This document shows positions 40,219 through 50,319 of a stretch of 64,000 nucleotides of DNA, in pieces; the stretch's first letter is position 1, and each line of letters starts with the position of its first letter. The stretch comes from Alistipes sp. (GTDB taxonomy: Bacteria > Bacteroidota > Bacteroidia > Bacteroidales > Rikenellaceae), in assembly GCA_017630455.1 (NCBI GenBank), contig JAGBVG010000062.1:24578-88577 (forward strand). Direction: 5' to 3'. The translations under genes were made by a program, and so were the position numbers. A model generated the notes under the pieces. The model did not search any database and was not told the DNA's origin. It saw only the letters and a program-made list of their open reading frames with translations.

Positions 40219-41955
40219 CTACTTCTCCGCCGTGCCAAACCTATCCAAATAGGCTATGAGCGACTTATCATCGCCCGTAAGGCCGAATTTGTGGCGCAAA
40301 CGCGAACGTGCAACGTTGATGCTACCAAGACTCTGGCTTGTAATGTTGGAGATCTCCTTGGTCGACATCTTCATATGGATAAAGAGACAGAGCTTGCGCT
40401 CGTTCTTCGTGAGGTTGGGGTGCTCGCGCAGCAGATTTTCGTAGAAGACATCGTTACCATCGGCAAGCGTCTTCTCCACCTCCGCCCAGTCGCCACCAGT
40501 AGTCTCGCTGCGCAACTGACGAATTATGCGACGTAGCTCATTACGCATCGACTTGTTATCACTGATATTCATCGCAGTGGCAAGCTCCTCGGCAAGCTTA
40601 TCAATGTTATTCTGCTCCTGAAATTGTTGCAGCTTCTGAATCTTGATTATCTCGTTTTTGTAGTTCAGCTCCTGTTCCGCTTGCGTACGTTGCAGGTCAC
40701 GATTCTTACGCTCAAGGCGGTAACGCGAGTAGAAGAGCACACCGACCAAAAGAATCACCACAACCGAGAGGATGTAGAAACGTGTAACCATCTTGCTATG
40801 CTCCATCTCCTGCTGGTGTATCTGCTCGCGACGCTTATGCTCCTGCTCGGCATGACGAAGCTCCATATCGCTGATTAGCAACGACAACTCGATGATATTC
40901 TGCGTGTTGTGCTGATGAGTATAGGTCTCGGCGAAGGCCATAAGAGCCTCGTATGCCTCCTGATACCTACCCTGTCGATAATAAATATCCTGAAGCAGAA
41001 AATAGGAGTGGACGTTCTTGGTGTCGAAATCGCCATTGCCGAGCAGCTCGATGGAGTGTTTCAGATCCTCAATAGCCTGGGCATTATCACCCCTATTAAG
41101 ATGATAGAATCCACGAGCCGAATAGTAATATCCCTCCTCCTTATAGTTTGATATTAAGGGCTTTGCGAGGTCGAGATAACGCTCCGTAGCCTCAAAATCC
41201 TCAAACATAAACTCCTGCATCGCAGCATTGAGATAGACATTTACAAGCAGGTCGTTGAAGTTATACTCCGCGCATATCGCCTCGCACTGCGCGATGATGT
41301 CGTTAACGCCGTCGGGAGAGAGGTCGTAATGGAAACGGTTGTTTAACGCCCTGACACTCTGATGGGCCTGCTCTCGAGAGGCATAAGCATCTGATACTCT
41401 GCGATTAAAGCTCATAGCACGCATCGTATCCTTGTGATAGAAATAATCTACCTGCTCCAATGCGAGATAGGCCTCGCGCACTGTGGTGGAGTCGCCAATT
41501 ACACGCGCCACGTCGAGAGCCTTTATGCTGCTGCTGAAGGCGTTATGATAGTCATTATTACGCAGATAGATACGCGCAAGAAGGGCATTTGTTCGAGCCA
41601 TACAGGGGCGATTATTCATCTGCTCATATATATGATATGCTCGTTTTCGATACTGGAGTGCCTCGGCATAACGATGCAGCGAACTCTCGCTGTACTCCGA
41701 CATAAAGTCGCAAACCATAGCTATATCCTCGTCAACGGCTGTAGAGTCGACATCAGCAAGCACCATCTGGGCATAGTTGTAGGCGTGTTCACGGTTCGAA
41801 TTACGATACTGCTTAAACTTCTCGATGTTACGATTGAGGGTCTTTGACTCGAGTTGCTGGGCCATTGAGGGCAATGTAGATGTCATCAGCACAAATATTA
41901 CAACCAAAATGTGCAATACTCCTGGTCGAAAAATGTTATATTTTATAAGTATCAT
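40219..41955 (-). CDS. Membrane-spanning TPR sensor with C-terminal LuxR HTH
   Basis: Signal, TPR-like helices, one TM, coiled coil, HPNLTKNERKLC..MSTKEIS..SINVARSRLRHK; TACATTTG box at 41986-41993 favours start 41955. Confidence 0.82.
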   Translation of the reverse strand: MILIKYNIFRPGVLHILVVIFVLMTSTLPSMAQQLESKTLNRNIEKFKQYRNSNREHAYNYAQMVLADVDSTAVDEDIAMVCDFMSEYSESSLHRYAEALQYRKRAYHIYEQMNNRPCMARTNALLARIYLRNNDYHNAFSSSIKALDVARVIGDSTTVREAYLALEQVDYFYHKDTMRAMSFNRRVSDAYASREQAHQSVRALNNRFHYDLSPDGVNDIIAQCEAICAEYNFNDLLVNVYLNAAMQEFMFEDFEATERYLDLAKPLISNYKEEGYYYSARGFYHLNRGDNAQAIEDLKHSIELLGNGDFDTKNVHSYFLLQDIYYRQGRYQEAYEALMAFAETYTHQHNTQNIIELSLLISDMELRHAEQEHKRREQIHQQEMEHSKMVTRFYILSVVVILLVGVLFYSRYRLERKNRDLQRTQAEQELNYKNEIIKIQKLQQFQEQNNIDKLAEELATAMNISDNKSMRNELRRIIRQLRSETTGGDWAEVEKTLADGNDVFYENLLREHPNLTKNERKLCLFIHMKMSTKEISNITSQSLGSINVARSRLRHKFGLTGDDKSLIAYLDRFGTAEK

Positions 41956-42108
41956 AGTATTAGTGATATAACTTTTTTTGTAATACAAATGTAATAATAA
42001 TTTTTCAAATTGTTATACTATTATAACACATATTTTTGGGCGGAGTTTGTCATCTTTTGTTAATTTTGTGTAACGAAAAGCAAAAAATTATTAAAAACAC
42101 CTAAAACT

Positions 42109-43485
42109 ATGAAACGATTTTTCCTCTATCTTCTTGCGATTTTGGCGATGATGGCTTGCTCTAAGGAGACCAACAACCCACAGCCTCAACCACAACCCGA
42201 GCCAGAACCTACACCTCAGGCTGCTACATTTAATATAAGTGTGCAGGAGGATAAGCTAGCGGCATTTTCGGTTACGTTCGATATCGTTCCAGAGGATAAG
42301 GAGGCAAAATATTATTACGATATTATCTCCAAGGCACGCATCAGCGAGATCAACATAGCAGCGCTAAAGAATGAGATTGAGGAGGGTTCGGCAAAGATGG
42401 CAGAACTCACAGGCACTCCATACGAGGAGGTGCTCGAGCAGATGCTCTCAAAGGGCGATCAGTTCGACATCCTGAGCAACGCCGGCTACCGCCCCGAGAC
42501 AGACTTCTACATCTACGCCTTCTACTGGGATGCAGAGGAGGATGCAGAGCTTACCCTTTGCGAGTTCCGTACTCCTGCCATCGTGGAGTCTGAGGAGAAC
42601 ATCACCCTTGAGGCTACAGCTACTGATACTCACGCACTTACAATCAATATCACGCCTACCGCTGGCGTTACGGAGTATTGGTACTACTTCGCCGAGCGCT
42701 CTAAGGCTGAGGCTATGTTCGCAGGCTTGGCGGACGAGAACGCATTTATGTCCTACCACGCTATGAACGTGGGCAATCGTATGGAGGGTGCGCAGAGTAT
42801 GGAGCACAAGGGCCTTAAGCCAAATACCGAATATATGGCTGTGGCGATGGGTATCGACGCCGAGCTCAACCGCTTCCAGGTGAGCGAGGTGTTTGCAACC
42901 CTCGAGGAGCAGACACAGCAGCGCGTGGAGTCGGAGTTGTTCGAGAAGTTGCTTGGCGAGTGGACAGGTGTTCAGACCATTACAGACCTCTACGCTGAGC
43001 CAGCAGAGAACACCTTTACCGCGAACATTCTCGCAGAGGTTGACGATGTTGAATACGACTACCGCGCTATGAACCAGTTGGTTGCAACCGTGGACGGATG
43101 GTGCAACATCGACTACTACAGCACTACCGAACTCATCGAGATGGAGATTGAGGATGCAGAGGAGAAGTGGGGTCCTAAGTGGGTGTTCAACATCGCCGAG
43201 GGCGACGTGGTGACAATGGATGGTATGGCACGCAACTCTGTTGTCGGTTGGTTGTTCTTTGGCGACTGCTTTATGCTCAATATAAATTCGGAGGATGTGA
43301 CAAACGTGAAGGTTCACACCAACGCTGACTTTGAGGTGGAGGTTTCAGCCGACTACAACACCATTACCATCAAGTCGCCAGCATCTATGCCTAACACCTA
43401 CCCAGGTCTCGGCTACTACTTCGACAGCTACGGCTGGATGGGCTACTACTGCGGTGTATCAAACATTGTTCTCACACGTAAATAA
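42109..43485 (+). CDS. Hypothetical surface lipoprotein with FN3-like units
   Basis: Lipobox MMAC, PQ/PE linker, GYRPETDFYIYA and GLKPNTEYMAVA strands. Confidence 0.7.
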   Translation: MKRFFLYLLAILAMMACSKETNNPQPQPQPEPEPTPQAATFNISVQEDKLAAFSVTFDIVPEDKEAKYYYDIISKARISEINIAALKNEIEEGSAKMAELTGTPYEEVLEQMLSKGDQFDILSNAGYRPETDFYIYAFYWDAEEDAELTLCEFRTPAIVESEENITLEATATDTHALTINITPTAGVTEYWYYFAERSKAEAMFAGLADENAFMSYHAMNVGNRMEGAQSMEHKGLKPNTEYMAVAMGIDAELNRFQVSEVFATLEEQTQQRVESELFEKLLGEWTGVQTITDLYAEPAENTFTANILAEVDDVEYDYRAMNQLVATVDGWCNIDYYSTTELIEMEIEDAEEKWGPKWVFNIAEGDVVTMDGMARNSVVGWLFFGDCFMLNINSEDVTNVKVHTNADFEVEVSADYNTITIKSPASMPNTYPGLGYYFDSYGWMGYYCGVSNIVLTRK

Positions 43486-43508
43486 TTAAAACTTAAAACT
43501 ATAGAACT

Positions 43509-45737
43509 ATGAAAAAAATTACATTTTTGGCATTGGCAGCCTTGAGCTTCGGCCTACTCAGCTGCGACAAAGAACCTGTAAACACCCCTGCAGAGGAGGT
43601 ACAGCCTACGATTGCATTGGAGAAGGTTGGCGAGACTGCCAACACCGTGACATTCACTATCAAGACCACCGATGCCCAGGAGGCTCGCTATATGGTTTTG
43701 GAGGATGGCGCAGATACACCAGCGCTTGACACCATCCTCAATGAGGGTGTAGAGGTAGCTCTCGACGAGAATGGGAGTAGCACCGTCACAGCAGAAGGGC
43801 TTGAGGCAGAGACAGAATATATGGTGGTTGCTGCCGCACGAAACATCACAAAGAGAGCCGGCTCGAACACACTCTACGTTACAACAGCATCTGAAGCAGC
43901 CCTTGCACTATCAGTAGAGATCGTGCAGGTTACACACGAGAGTATGAACTTCCGCTTCAACCACTCTAACGCCACAAAGATCGCATACCTTGTACTTTAC
44001 GCCGACAAGACCACACCTGATGTGCAGTATGTACTACTCAACGGCCAGGAGGTTGACGTGAACAACAAGGAGTCTGTGGAAGTTGCTGACCTTGAGAACT
44101 CTAAGGCTTATAAGTTGGTTGTTGCTGCCGAGGGTGCAGGTCAGACAACACTCGTCGAGGAGGCATTCCAGACCGAGGATGATCCTGATCAGGTTATCAC
44201 ACACAACTATACACGTGCACGTGGTACAAAGTATGGTTCAAGCTACTTTATGATGTTCTCATACGAGGATACCAACGAGGCAGATAACTTCGCATACAAC
44301 GAGAAGACCCTCAGCCTCGACTTCTATGGCGACCCAGATAAGGATTACCTTCCAGCAGGTACTTACGAGGTTAAGGAGTCTACAGAGCCTGACTGCGTAA
44401 GCTCATACCGCTACTCTACTTACGGCTACGACAATGGCGTGCAGCTCAAGAGCGGCCAGGCTGTTGTTGCCATCGACCCTGAGACTAAGGCATACTCATT
44501 CGACATCGACCTCTTCCTCAAGGATGGTCGTCACCTCAAGGCCACCTACACTGGCGATGTTGACAATATGCCAGTTATCGACATCACAACTATAACAACA
44601 ACATTCAGCGCGGCATCGGCTTCGACTTCGGACAATGGCAAGAACTGGACTTTGAACCTCGAGGACGCTGATGGCAACAAGGCTAAGTTTGACATCTGCA
44701 ACGCCTTCGACGCTCCATATCTCGCAAACAACAGCTACGTAATCAGCACATCGGCTGAGGCGTTGGCAACACGCGCTGCTGAGGCTGGACAGTTCGACGC
44801 TGAGACATCGTCGTTCACCGTTGCTGGCGAAGGCGACTTCAAGTTCCTCACAGGCTCGCTCCACGTATCTATCGACTGGGACGCTCAGACCTACGACCTC
44901 ACATTCTACGGCACTTTGGAGGACAACTATGTTATTGAGGCTGAGTATGTAGGCGCTATAGACGGAATCTCACTCGCTCAGTCTGATGAGATTATCGACG
45001 TGATGCTCACAGGAGCTTCGGCAACTGGCTATGACGGCAATACAAACTGGTATACTACATTCGTCCAGAGCGTAGATGGTGTTGATAAGTATCGCTTGGT
45101 TATGGACTTCTACTGTCCTGCATCTGACTACTTGTTGGCTGGTTACTACCGCCTTGGCAACAGCGTTGAGGGTCGCTACATCGGCGTTGACGCAACATCT
45201 ATCCGCATCGCTGGCGAGGGTCAGTACAACGCTGTGGATGCTACAGCATCGGTATCTGTGGATATGAGCGCAAAGACCTACACCTTCGATATGTCGTTCA
45301 AGATTCAAGATGGTCGTACCTTCAAACTCGCATACGTGGGTGAGGTTACTGGTATTACAATCACCGAGCCTGAGGATGCGCCAGACACCATCGCGTGGAC
45401 TTCATTCACCGCAAGAAGATGGTACACTGACAACTGGAACTTGAACGTTGCAGATGCCGAGGGTAAGTATGTCTTCGACTTCGACCTTCGCACAGGCGAC
45501 ATCGAGGCTAAATACCTCTTGCCAGGTACTTACACCTTGGGCGAGGAGGGACAGTATATCGACTTCCAATATAGCAAGTTCAACGGCAATGCCAAGGCAT
45601 TTAAGGATGCTACACTCATCCTCGTATACCACAAGGATAGCGACATCTACGACGTGAAGTTCGACGTTACGCTTGCCGATGACACTAACTTCAAGGGCTC
45701 GTACAGCGGTCCTATCGCTGGTACTCCTGTAGAGTAA
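43509..45737 (+). CDS. Hypothetical surface lipoprotein (FN3-like units plus about four beta-rich repeats)
   Basis: Lipobox LLSC; GLEAETEY, DLENSKAY; repeated YL.[AP]G.Y...Y.FD...DG...Y.G. Confidence 0.7.
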   Translation: MKKITFLALAALSFGLLSCDKEPVNTPAEEVQPTIALEKVGETANTVTFTIKTTDAQEARYMVLEDGADTPALDTILNEGVEVALDENGSSTVTAEGLEAETEYMVVAAARNITKRAGSNTLYVTTASEAALALSVEIVQVTHESMNFRFNHSNATKIAYLVLYADKTTPDVQYVLLNGQEVDVNNKESVEVADLENSKAYKLVVAAEGAGQTTLVEEAFQTEDDPDQVITHNYTRARGTKYGSSYFMMFSYEDTNEADNFAYNEKTLSLDFYGDPDKDYLPAGTYEVKESTEPDCVSSYRYSTYGYDNGVQLKSGQAVVAIDPETKAYSFDIDLFLKDGRHLKATYTGDVDNMPVIDITTITTTFSAASASTSDNGKNWTLNLEDADGNKAKFDICNAFDAPYLANNSYVISTSAEALATRAAEAGQFDAETSSFTVAGEGDFKFLTGSLHVSIDWDAQTYDLTFYGTLEDNYVIEAEYVGAIDGISLAQSDEIIDVMLTGASATGYDGNTNWYTTFVQSVDGVDKYRLVMDFYCPASDYLLAGYYRLGNSVEGRYIGVDATSIRIAGEGQYNAVDATASVSVDMSAKTYTFDMSFKIQDGRTFKLAYVGEVTGITITEPEDAPDTIAWTSFTARRWYTDNWNLNVADAEGKYVFDFDLRTGDIEAKYLLPGTYTLGEEGQYIDFQYSKFNGNAKAFKDATLILVYHKDSDIYDVKFDVTLADDTNFKGSYSGPIAGTPVE

Positions 45738-45759
45738 TCAAACATAAAACCTTACGACT

Positions 45760-47664
45760 ATGAAACGTTTTTGGTTAATGATAATGTGTCCGCTTGTTGC
45801 ACTTGCGCTCCTCACAGGGTGCAAGGGCGACGAGCCTATAGAGACACCAACACCCGAGGCTGCAGAGTTGACACTCGAGCAAACAACGGTCGACGTCACT
45901 GCCGACGGTGGTCACTTCGAAATAAACTACACGCTAACTAACCCTACCGAGGGTGCAGAGATAAAGGTAAACTGCGAGCGCGACTGGGTGAAGAACATCG
46001 CCGTGGAGAGTGGAGTTATCGCATTCGACGTTGACGAGAGCTATGAGGATGAGGAGCGCAGCTGCCGCATAGAGTTGATATACCCTGGCGTATACCCAAA
46101 TCCTACGATTAAGGTTAAGCAGAGCGTGGGTAAGGAGCACTCTATAAAGTTTAACCTTATCAATGCCGCGGCAACGACTATCACCCTCGACGTAATTCCA
46201 CAGGATAAGACAATGCCATACGTATTTATCCTCGGCAATGGCGACTACATTATGGAGGGCGACCTTATGACCAACGACGAGGCATTGTGGGCAAGCGACC
46301 TCGAGATCTTTGAGAGTTTCGGTAACGCATTCGGCTCGGATGCTACGGTGGCAGCAAAGGCTTTTATGTATCAGGGCGATTTGATGTCGCACCAGTTCAC
46401 AGGCGTGACACCTAACTCCACATACGTAGCATACGCATACGGCTTCGACAACGAGACATTGACCCCTCTGACCGAGATTACACGCCTTGTGATTAACACC
46501 GCTGCGGTTAGCGACTATACACTCCACTTCGATTTCGATGTGAAGGTGGATGGCCCTAACGTATCTATGGACATCACCCCTAAGGGCTACGATGGTTACT
46601 ACTACTTTGGTGTATTCTGGGCAAGCGACGTGCCTGAGGAGACTGACCCCGCTGTCATACGCGAGCTTTGCGAGGCAGACTGGGAGCAGCAGAAGGCACT
46701 ATACTCGTCATTCTTCGACACCCCAGAGCAGGGACTTAACTTCGTATTCAACGAGTTGGCATACCACGGCACTACACATCTCGACGTGGAGTTGGATGCC
46801 AATACCGAGTTTGTCCTCTGGGCATTCGGTATGGACGATGAGGCGTTGCTGAACACCACACCCGAGACCTACTACTTCACAACAGGTAACGTAGCGGCAT
46901 CGGCGAATGAGTTCACACTCTCTGTCGAGAAGCTCTTCTCGCGTAAGGCGACTGTGAAGGTGGCAACAACCAACGACGACACCTACATCGCTACTCTTGT
47001 CCCAGTATCACGCTTCGAGAATAATAGCGACGAGGAGATTATCGACTACATCGTTAACAACTTCCAGTTGCAGTACGCATCGGGCACTATGCAGGATACC
47101 GCAACAGGCCTTACACCGAACACCGAGTATGAGTTGTTGGTATTTGGCTGCCAGGCTGGTGCTCCTACAACCAAACTCAACCGCTTGAAGTTTACAACAC
47201 TCGACACCGTATATGCCGACCTCGACTTCTCGCTGACTATTGGCGACTACTACGATGGCTCAGCGATTGCGGCAATAAACCCCGACTACGCAGCATTCGA
47301 GGAGGCGGTAATCGTGGGTATCACAGCAAATGTCGATTCGAAGGCTGTGGCGTTCTACTACACTGCGATGAACGCCCTGGACTACCCTTACTACACCTAC
47401 GAGCAGATTATCGAGGGTCTTGTGGCTGAGGGTCCTGCAGAGGTTGAGGGTCTCTATGCCTTTGAGTTTGGCGAGCCATACATCTTCTTCGGTGTAGCCG
47501 AGGATGAGGATGGCAACTACACCGAGGCGTGGTCATCCAAGGAGATCACCTTCACCAAGGCCGGCTGCTCACCTGCTGAGGAGTTCTTCGCTGATAATAG
47601 CACATCAACACTCTCGGCACACACTCCACAGCCAGCATCACACACGATGCTCAGCGTTGAGTAG
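45760..47664 (+). CDS. Surface lipoprotein with BACON-like and FN3-like domains
   Basis: Lipobox LTGC; V.ADGG..DWV..R...I..Q BACON pattern; GVTPNSTY, LDANTEF, GLTPNTEY. Confidence 0.72.
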   Translation: MKRFWLMIMCPLVALALLTGCKGDEPIETPTPEAAELTLEQTTVDVTADGGHFEINYTLTNPTEGAEIKVNCERDWVKNIAVESGVIAFDVDESYEDEERSCRIELIYPGVYPNPTIKVKQSVGKEHSIKFNLINAAATTITLDVIPQDKTMPYVFILGNGDYIMEGDLMTNDEALWASDLEIFESFGNAFGSDATVAAKAFMYQGDLMSHQFTGVTPNSTYVAYAYGFDNETLTPLTEITRLVINTAAVSDYTLHFDFDVKVDGPNVSMDITPKGYDGYYYFGVFWASDVPEETDPAVIRELCEADWEQQKALYSSFFDTPEQGLNFVFNELAYHGTTHLDVELDANTEFVLWAFGMDDEALLNTTPETYYFTTGNVAASANEFTLSVEKLFSRKATVKVATTNDDTYIATLVPVSRFENNSDEEIIDYIVNNFQLQYASGTMQDTATGLTPNTEYELLVFGCQAGAPTTKLNRLKFTTLDTVYADLDFSLTIGDYYDGSAIAAINPDYAAFEEAVIVGITANVDSKAVAFYYTAMNALDYPYYTYEQIIEGLVAEGPAEVEGLYAFEFGEPYIFFGVAEDEDGNYTEAWSSKEITFTKAGCSPAEEFFADNSTSTLSAHTPQPASHTMLSVE

Positions 47665-47747
47665 CAACAGCGAGAGATAATACATCTCGAAGTTAGACAT
47701 CGGCAATCCCCGGCCTCACAACAGACCACGAAGCCGATGTTGAGATT

Positions 47748-47793
47748 ATAGATAATGATACAAATAGCAAACGTTATTTGTATCATTATCTAT
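47748..47793. repeat. Perfect 19-bp AT-rich inverted repeat
   Basis: ATAGATAATGATACAAATA-8 nt-TATTTGTATCATTATCTAT. Confidence 0.9.
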
Positions 47794-47862
47794 TTTAGTA
47801 TATATGTGTATTGATTGTTGGTAAAAACCGCTGCGCAGGCGTTTTACGCACGAATTATATTT

Positions 47863-47995
47863 ACACCCCTAACCACCTGAAAGGGGTGTTTGAGATCGCT
47901 TCGTGGAGAATCTCATTTTCCACTCCAAGTAAAGCCTCCCTTATCAAAGGGAGGTTTGGAGGGATTGTATATATGGTCGCGGAATCTTTCCGCGA
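47863..47995. repeat. Cluster of REP-like GC-rich palindromes
   Basis: ACACCCCT/AGGGGTGT, CCTCCCTT/AAGGGAGG, TCGCGGAA/TTCCGCGA. Confidence 0.6.
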
Positions 47996-48002
47996 AACGC
48001 AC

Positions 48003-48032
48003 AAAAAAAGGATAGCTCTGGCTATCCTTTTT
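48003..48032. terminator. Bidirectional terminator following the tRNA 3' fragment
   Basis: AAAAAAAGGATAGC-TCTG-GCTATCCTTTTT. Confidence 0.85.
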
Positions 48033-48036
48033 CGTT

Positions 48037-48051
48037 GAGCAGAAAACGAGA
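48037..48051 (-). other. Probable att site: displaced 3' end of a tRNA-Gly-like gene
   Basis: Minus strand TCTCGTTTTCTGCTC resembles the T-arm/acceptor end of Bacteroidetes tRNA-Gly; no rest of a tRNA adjacent; followed by a terminator; coincides with the composition shift. Confidence 0.68.
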
Positions 48052-48275
48052 GTCTGTCCATCTGCTCCCCACTCTGTATATCAAGCAATTACCTTTGCCC
48101 AGTACTATACTCCCAATTCGAGGGACACTTGGGTTGTTTCAAGGTGTCGTTTTCGAGTCCGACTTTTGCTATACAAACTTCAGAACTACAGTTGCTTACG
48201 ACAAATTTACGAATAATTTTTGAATTGACAAAATCGAAGAGAGCTGGCATCTATTTGTTGCCACCTCTCTTCGGT

Positions 48276-48629
48276 TTACTGAACATTAGCACTCGCCTTC
48301 GCTTTGCTATTACGCTTGTGGGCGATGAGGTTTTGCAACATCTCCTCGCTACTCTTGATTGTGTGAGCACGCAGGCATCGCTTAATCTCCGCAATCTGAT
48401 AGTAATACTTGTTGCCGATGGTGCTGTATGTGATTTTGCCGGCACTGCGTAGGCGTTGCAAGGTCTTGTCGCAGATGCAGAGATACTCGCATACCGCTTG
48501 CCCATCAACCCAATCATCGTCGAGAGAACTTTGTTGCTCTAACTTGGCTCTGCGGATGAACTCATCCATTGCATCAATTTTGCTAATCAGCTGCTGAAAA
48601 GCACTGTGTTCGATTGTTAATACTTCCAT
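48276..48629 (-). CDS. Excisionase-like helix-turn-helix protein (HTH_17 type)
   Basis: WVDGQAVCEYLCICDKTLQRLRSAGKITYSTIGNKYYY. Confidence 0.85.
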   Translation of the reverse strand: MEVLTIEHSAFQQLISKIDAMDEFIRRAKLEQQSSLDDDWVDGQAVCEYLCICDKTLQRLRSAGKITYSTIGNKYYYQIAEIKRCLRAHTIKSSEEMLQNLIAHKRNSKAKASANVQ

Positions 48630-48730
48630 AGTTCTTGGTTTTATTGGTTAAACATCAGTTTGTTGTTACGATTGAGGTCGCTTCATAAAAAGGATAGTGA
48701 CATCCAACCGAAAAGGTTGGACAACGACAC

Positions 48731-48758
48731 AAAAAAAGCAGAGGTGTTACCTCTGCTT
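48731..48758 (-). terminator. Terminator of the DUF3791-DUF3990 pair
   Basis: Minus strand AAGCAGAGGTAACACCTCTGCTTTTTTT. Confidence 0.8.
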
Positions 48759-48784
48759 AAGTATAATATTACAATGTAGTTGTA

Positions 48785-49267
48785 TTACAATTCGAATGTT
48801 TCAACAAAAGTTAAAAGTTTACATGCTTTTGTTGTATGAAACGATAATTGGTCGAATAATAAATGTGTTTTCAATTGTGCCACAGCAGCCTCCGCATCAA
48901 GCTTACCGTTCTCATAAAGAGAAATAGTAATGTATAAAGTATCATCAGCAACAGGCCCCATGACTAAATCGTAATCATGAATATTCATTTGATTCCGATT
49001 ATTCACAACAAAATCTAGCCATTCCTTTGTCGCACCATCAAAGTTCATTATTTTATAACTTCTATTACTAAATATAGCATCATCTATTTCAAATACAGAC
49101 ACTATTGCTTTTGTCCCCTTAGCTCTATCTCTTTTGATTTTAGCCCATTTCTCAGCTTGTTCACGGCTAGTCGTGGTATAAAAACCCTTGCCAAAATCGG
49201 TTTTGCCTCGACCTCGGCTTACGATAGGCTTGCGTACTGCCATTGTTGATCCGTGATATAACAGCAT
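48785..49267 (-). CDS. DUF3990 family protein (ADP-ribosyltransferase-like)
   Basis: LYHGS, DFGKGFYTT..EQA..WA, WLDFV..NR, YDLVMGPVADD, QLSFHT. Confidence 0.85.
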   Translation of the reverse strand: MLLYHGSTMAVRKPIVSRGRGKTDFGKGFYTTTSREQAEKWAKIKRDRAKGTKAIVSVFEIDDAIFSNRSYKIMNFDGATKEWLDFVVNNRNQMNIHDYDLVMGPVADDTLYITISLYENGKLDAEAAVAQLKTHLLFDQLSFHTTKACKLLTFVETFEL

Positions 49268-49270
49268 ATT

Positions 49271-49699
49271 CTATCGGCGTTTTCTGATGAATAAATCAAT
49301 TTCGTGAAGGATATACTCTGTACTTTGAGAGTGTAGTACCTCAAAGTTGCGTGTAAGGAACCTATCTAACTTTAAGTTTTGGAACATCGCCAACACTCCC
49401 GCAGATGGAAGATTATCTCTCAATCGATATTGCTCTATGCAAAAAACAAGAAATTGTGCCTCGGCCTTGTTTACTGGGCGTTTGCGAATGTCAAATTTTT
49501 CCTCTTCGAGATAGTCGTAAAGCTGAGAACCACTGTAATACCAAAGTTTGAGATTAGGGTTTATCAGATCATGATACAAATCAGAGTTGTAGAGATAAAA
49601 CAACGCATCTTCAAACGAGAGTCGTTTTTTCTCCGATATAATCTCCGCCAATTCTAACACCTTGAACGGAAGTATTGCCACCTCTGTTGTCTGTTTCAT
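49271..49699 (-). CDS. DUF3791 family protein (two-unit)
   Basis: LYNSDLY..L....LWYYS and FLVFCIEQY...NFEVLHSQSTEYI. Confidence 0.75.
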   Translation of the reverse strand: MKQTTEVAILPFKVLELAEIISEKKRLSFEDALFYLYNSDLYHDLINPNLKLWYYSGSQLYDYLEEEKFDIRKRPVNKAEAQFLVFCIEQYRLRDNLPSAGVLAMFQNLKLDRFLTRNFEVLHSQSTEYILHEIDLFIRKRR

Positions 49700-50319
49700 A
49701 TCTTATTCAACACAAACTACATACCTTGCTTATGCAAAGGTAATAAAAATTTATAGAACTACAAACAATAACTGTCTATGACGAGTAGCTAAGATCTTCA
49801 TTACTTAGGATATCCGCAATGATATAAACAAAATTTAAGCATAGTTTATCCCCCAAAATAATACTTAACATATAGTACAGTTTAATTTATCTCTCTCTTG
49901 CCCTTAATGATTCTCGATTCAGCTTTTTTCTTCGATTTTTACCTGAATTTCTGTTCAGAAATGCGATAGACGGTTTTGTTTGCAAAATCGTTTCACTTTA
50001 ATTTGTGTACCGTGTTGATGTGTCGAGTGTTACAAATGTTTGTACTGTACTTTTCCCAAAGAGGATAGTCCTATTTGGGGCGACCCTTATTTTTATAAAA
50101 GAAAAATCCGAATTGCAGCGATTTGTCTTGGACTTATCTTTAATAATTCATTTCTGCTATTTTATGTGTTTGGTATTTTTGATGCTTGCTATCTCATTCA
50201 CTTATTCATGGAATGTTATCGACGATAGGTATGGATAGCTTTGCAAGAATATTTTAATATTTACCCTTCAAAAATACAATTGATAGTTCTCGTATTGCTT
50301 ATATCACAGATGAAAATTA

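Noticed and set aside
48037-48110. Complete tRNA gene
   Set aside because: Only about 15 nt of the 3' end match; no TTCGA loop, anticodon arm or D-arm adjacent
49700-50319. Short ORFs 50005-50238 and 50040-50228
   Set aside because: Non-ATG starts, overlapping frames in AT-rich DNA and no motifs; may be remnants but cannot be supported
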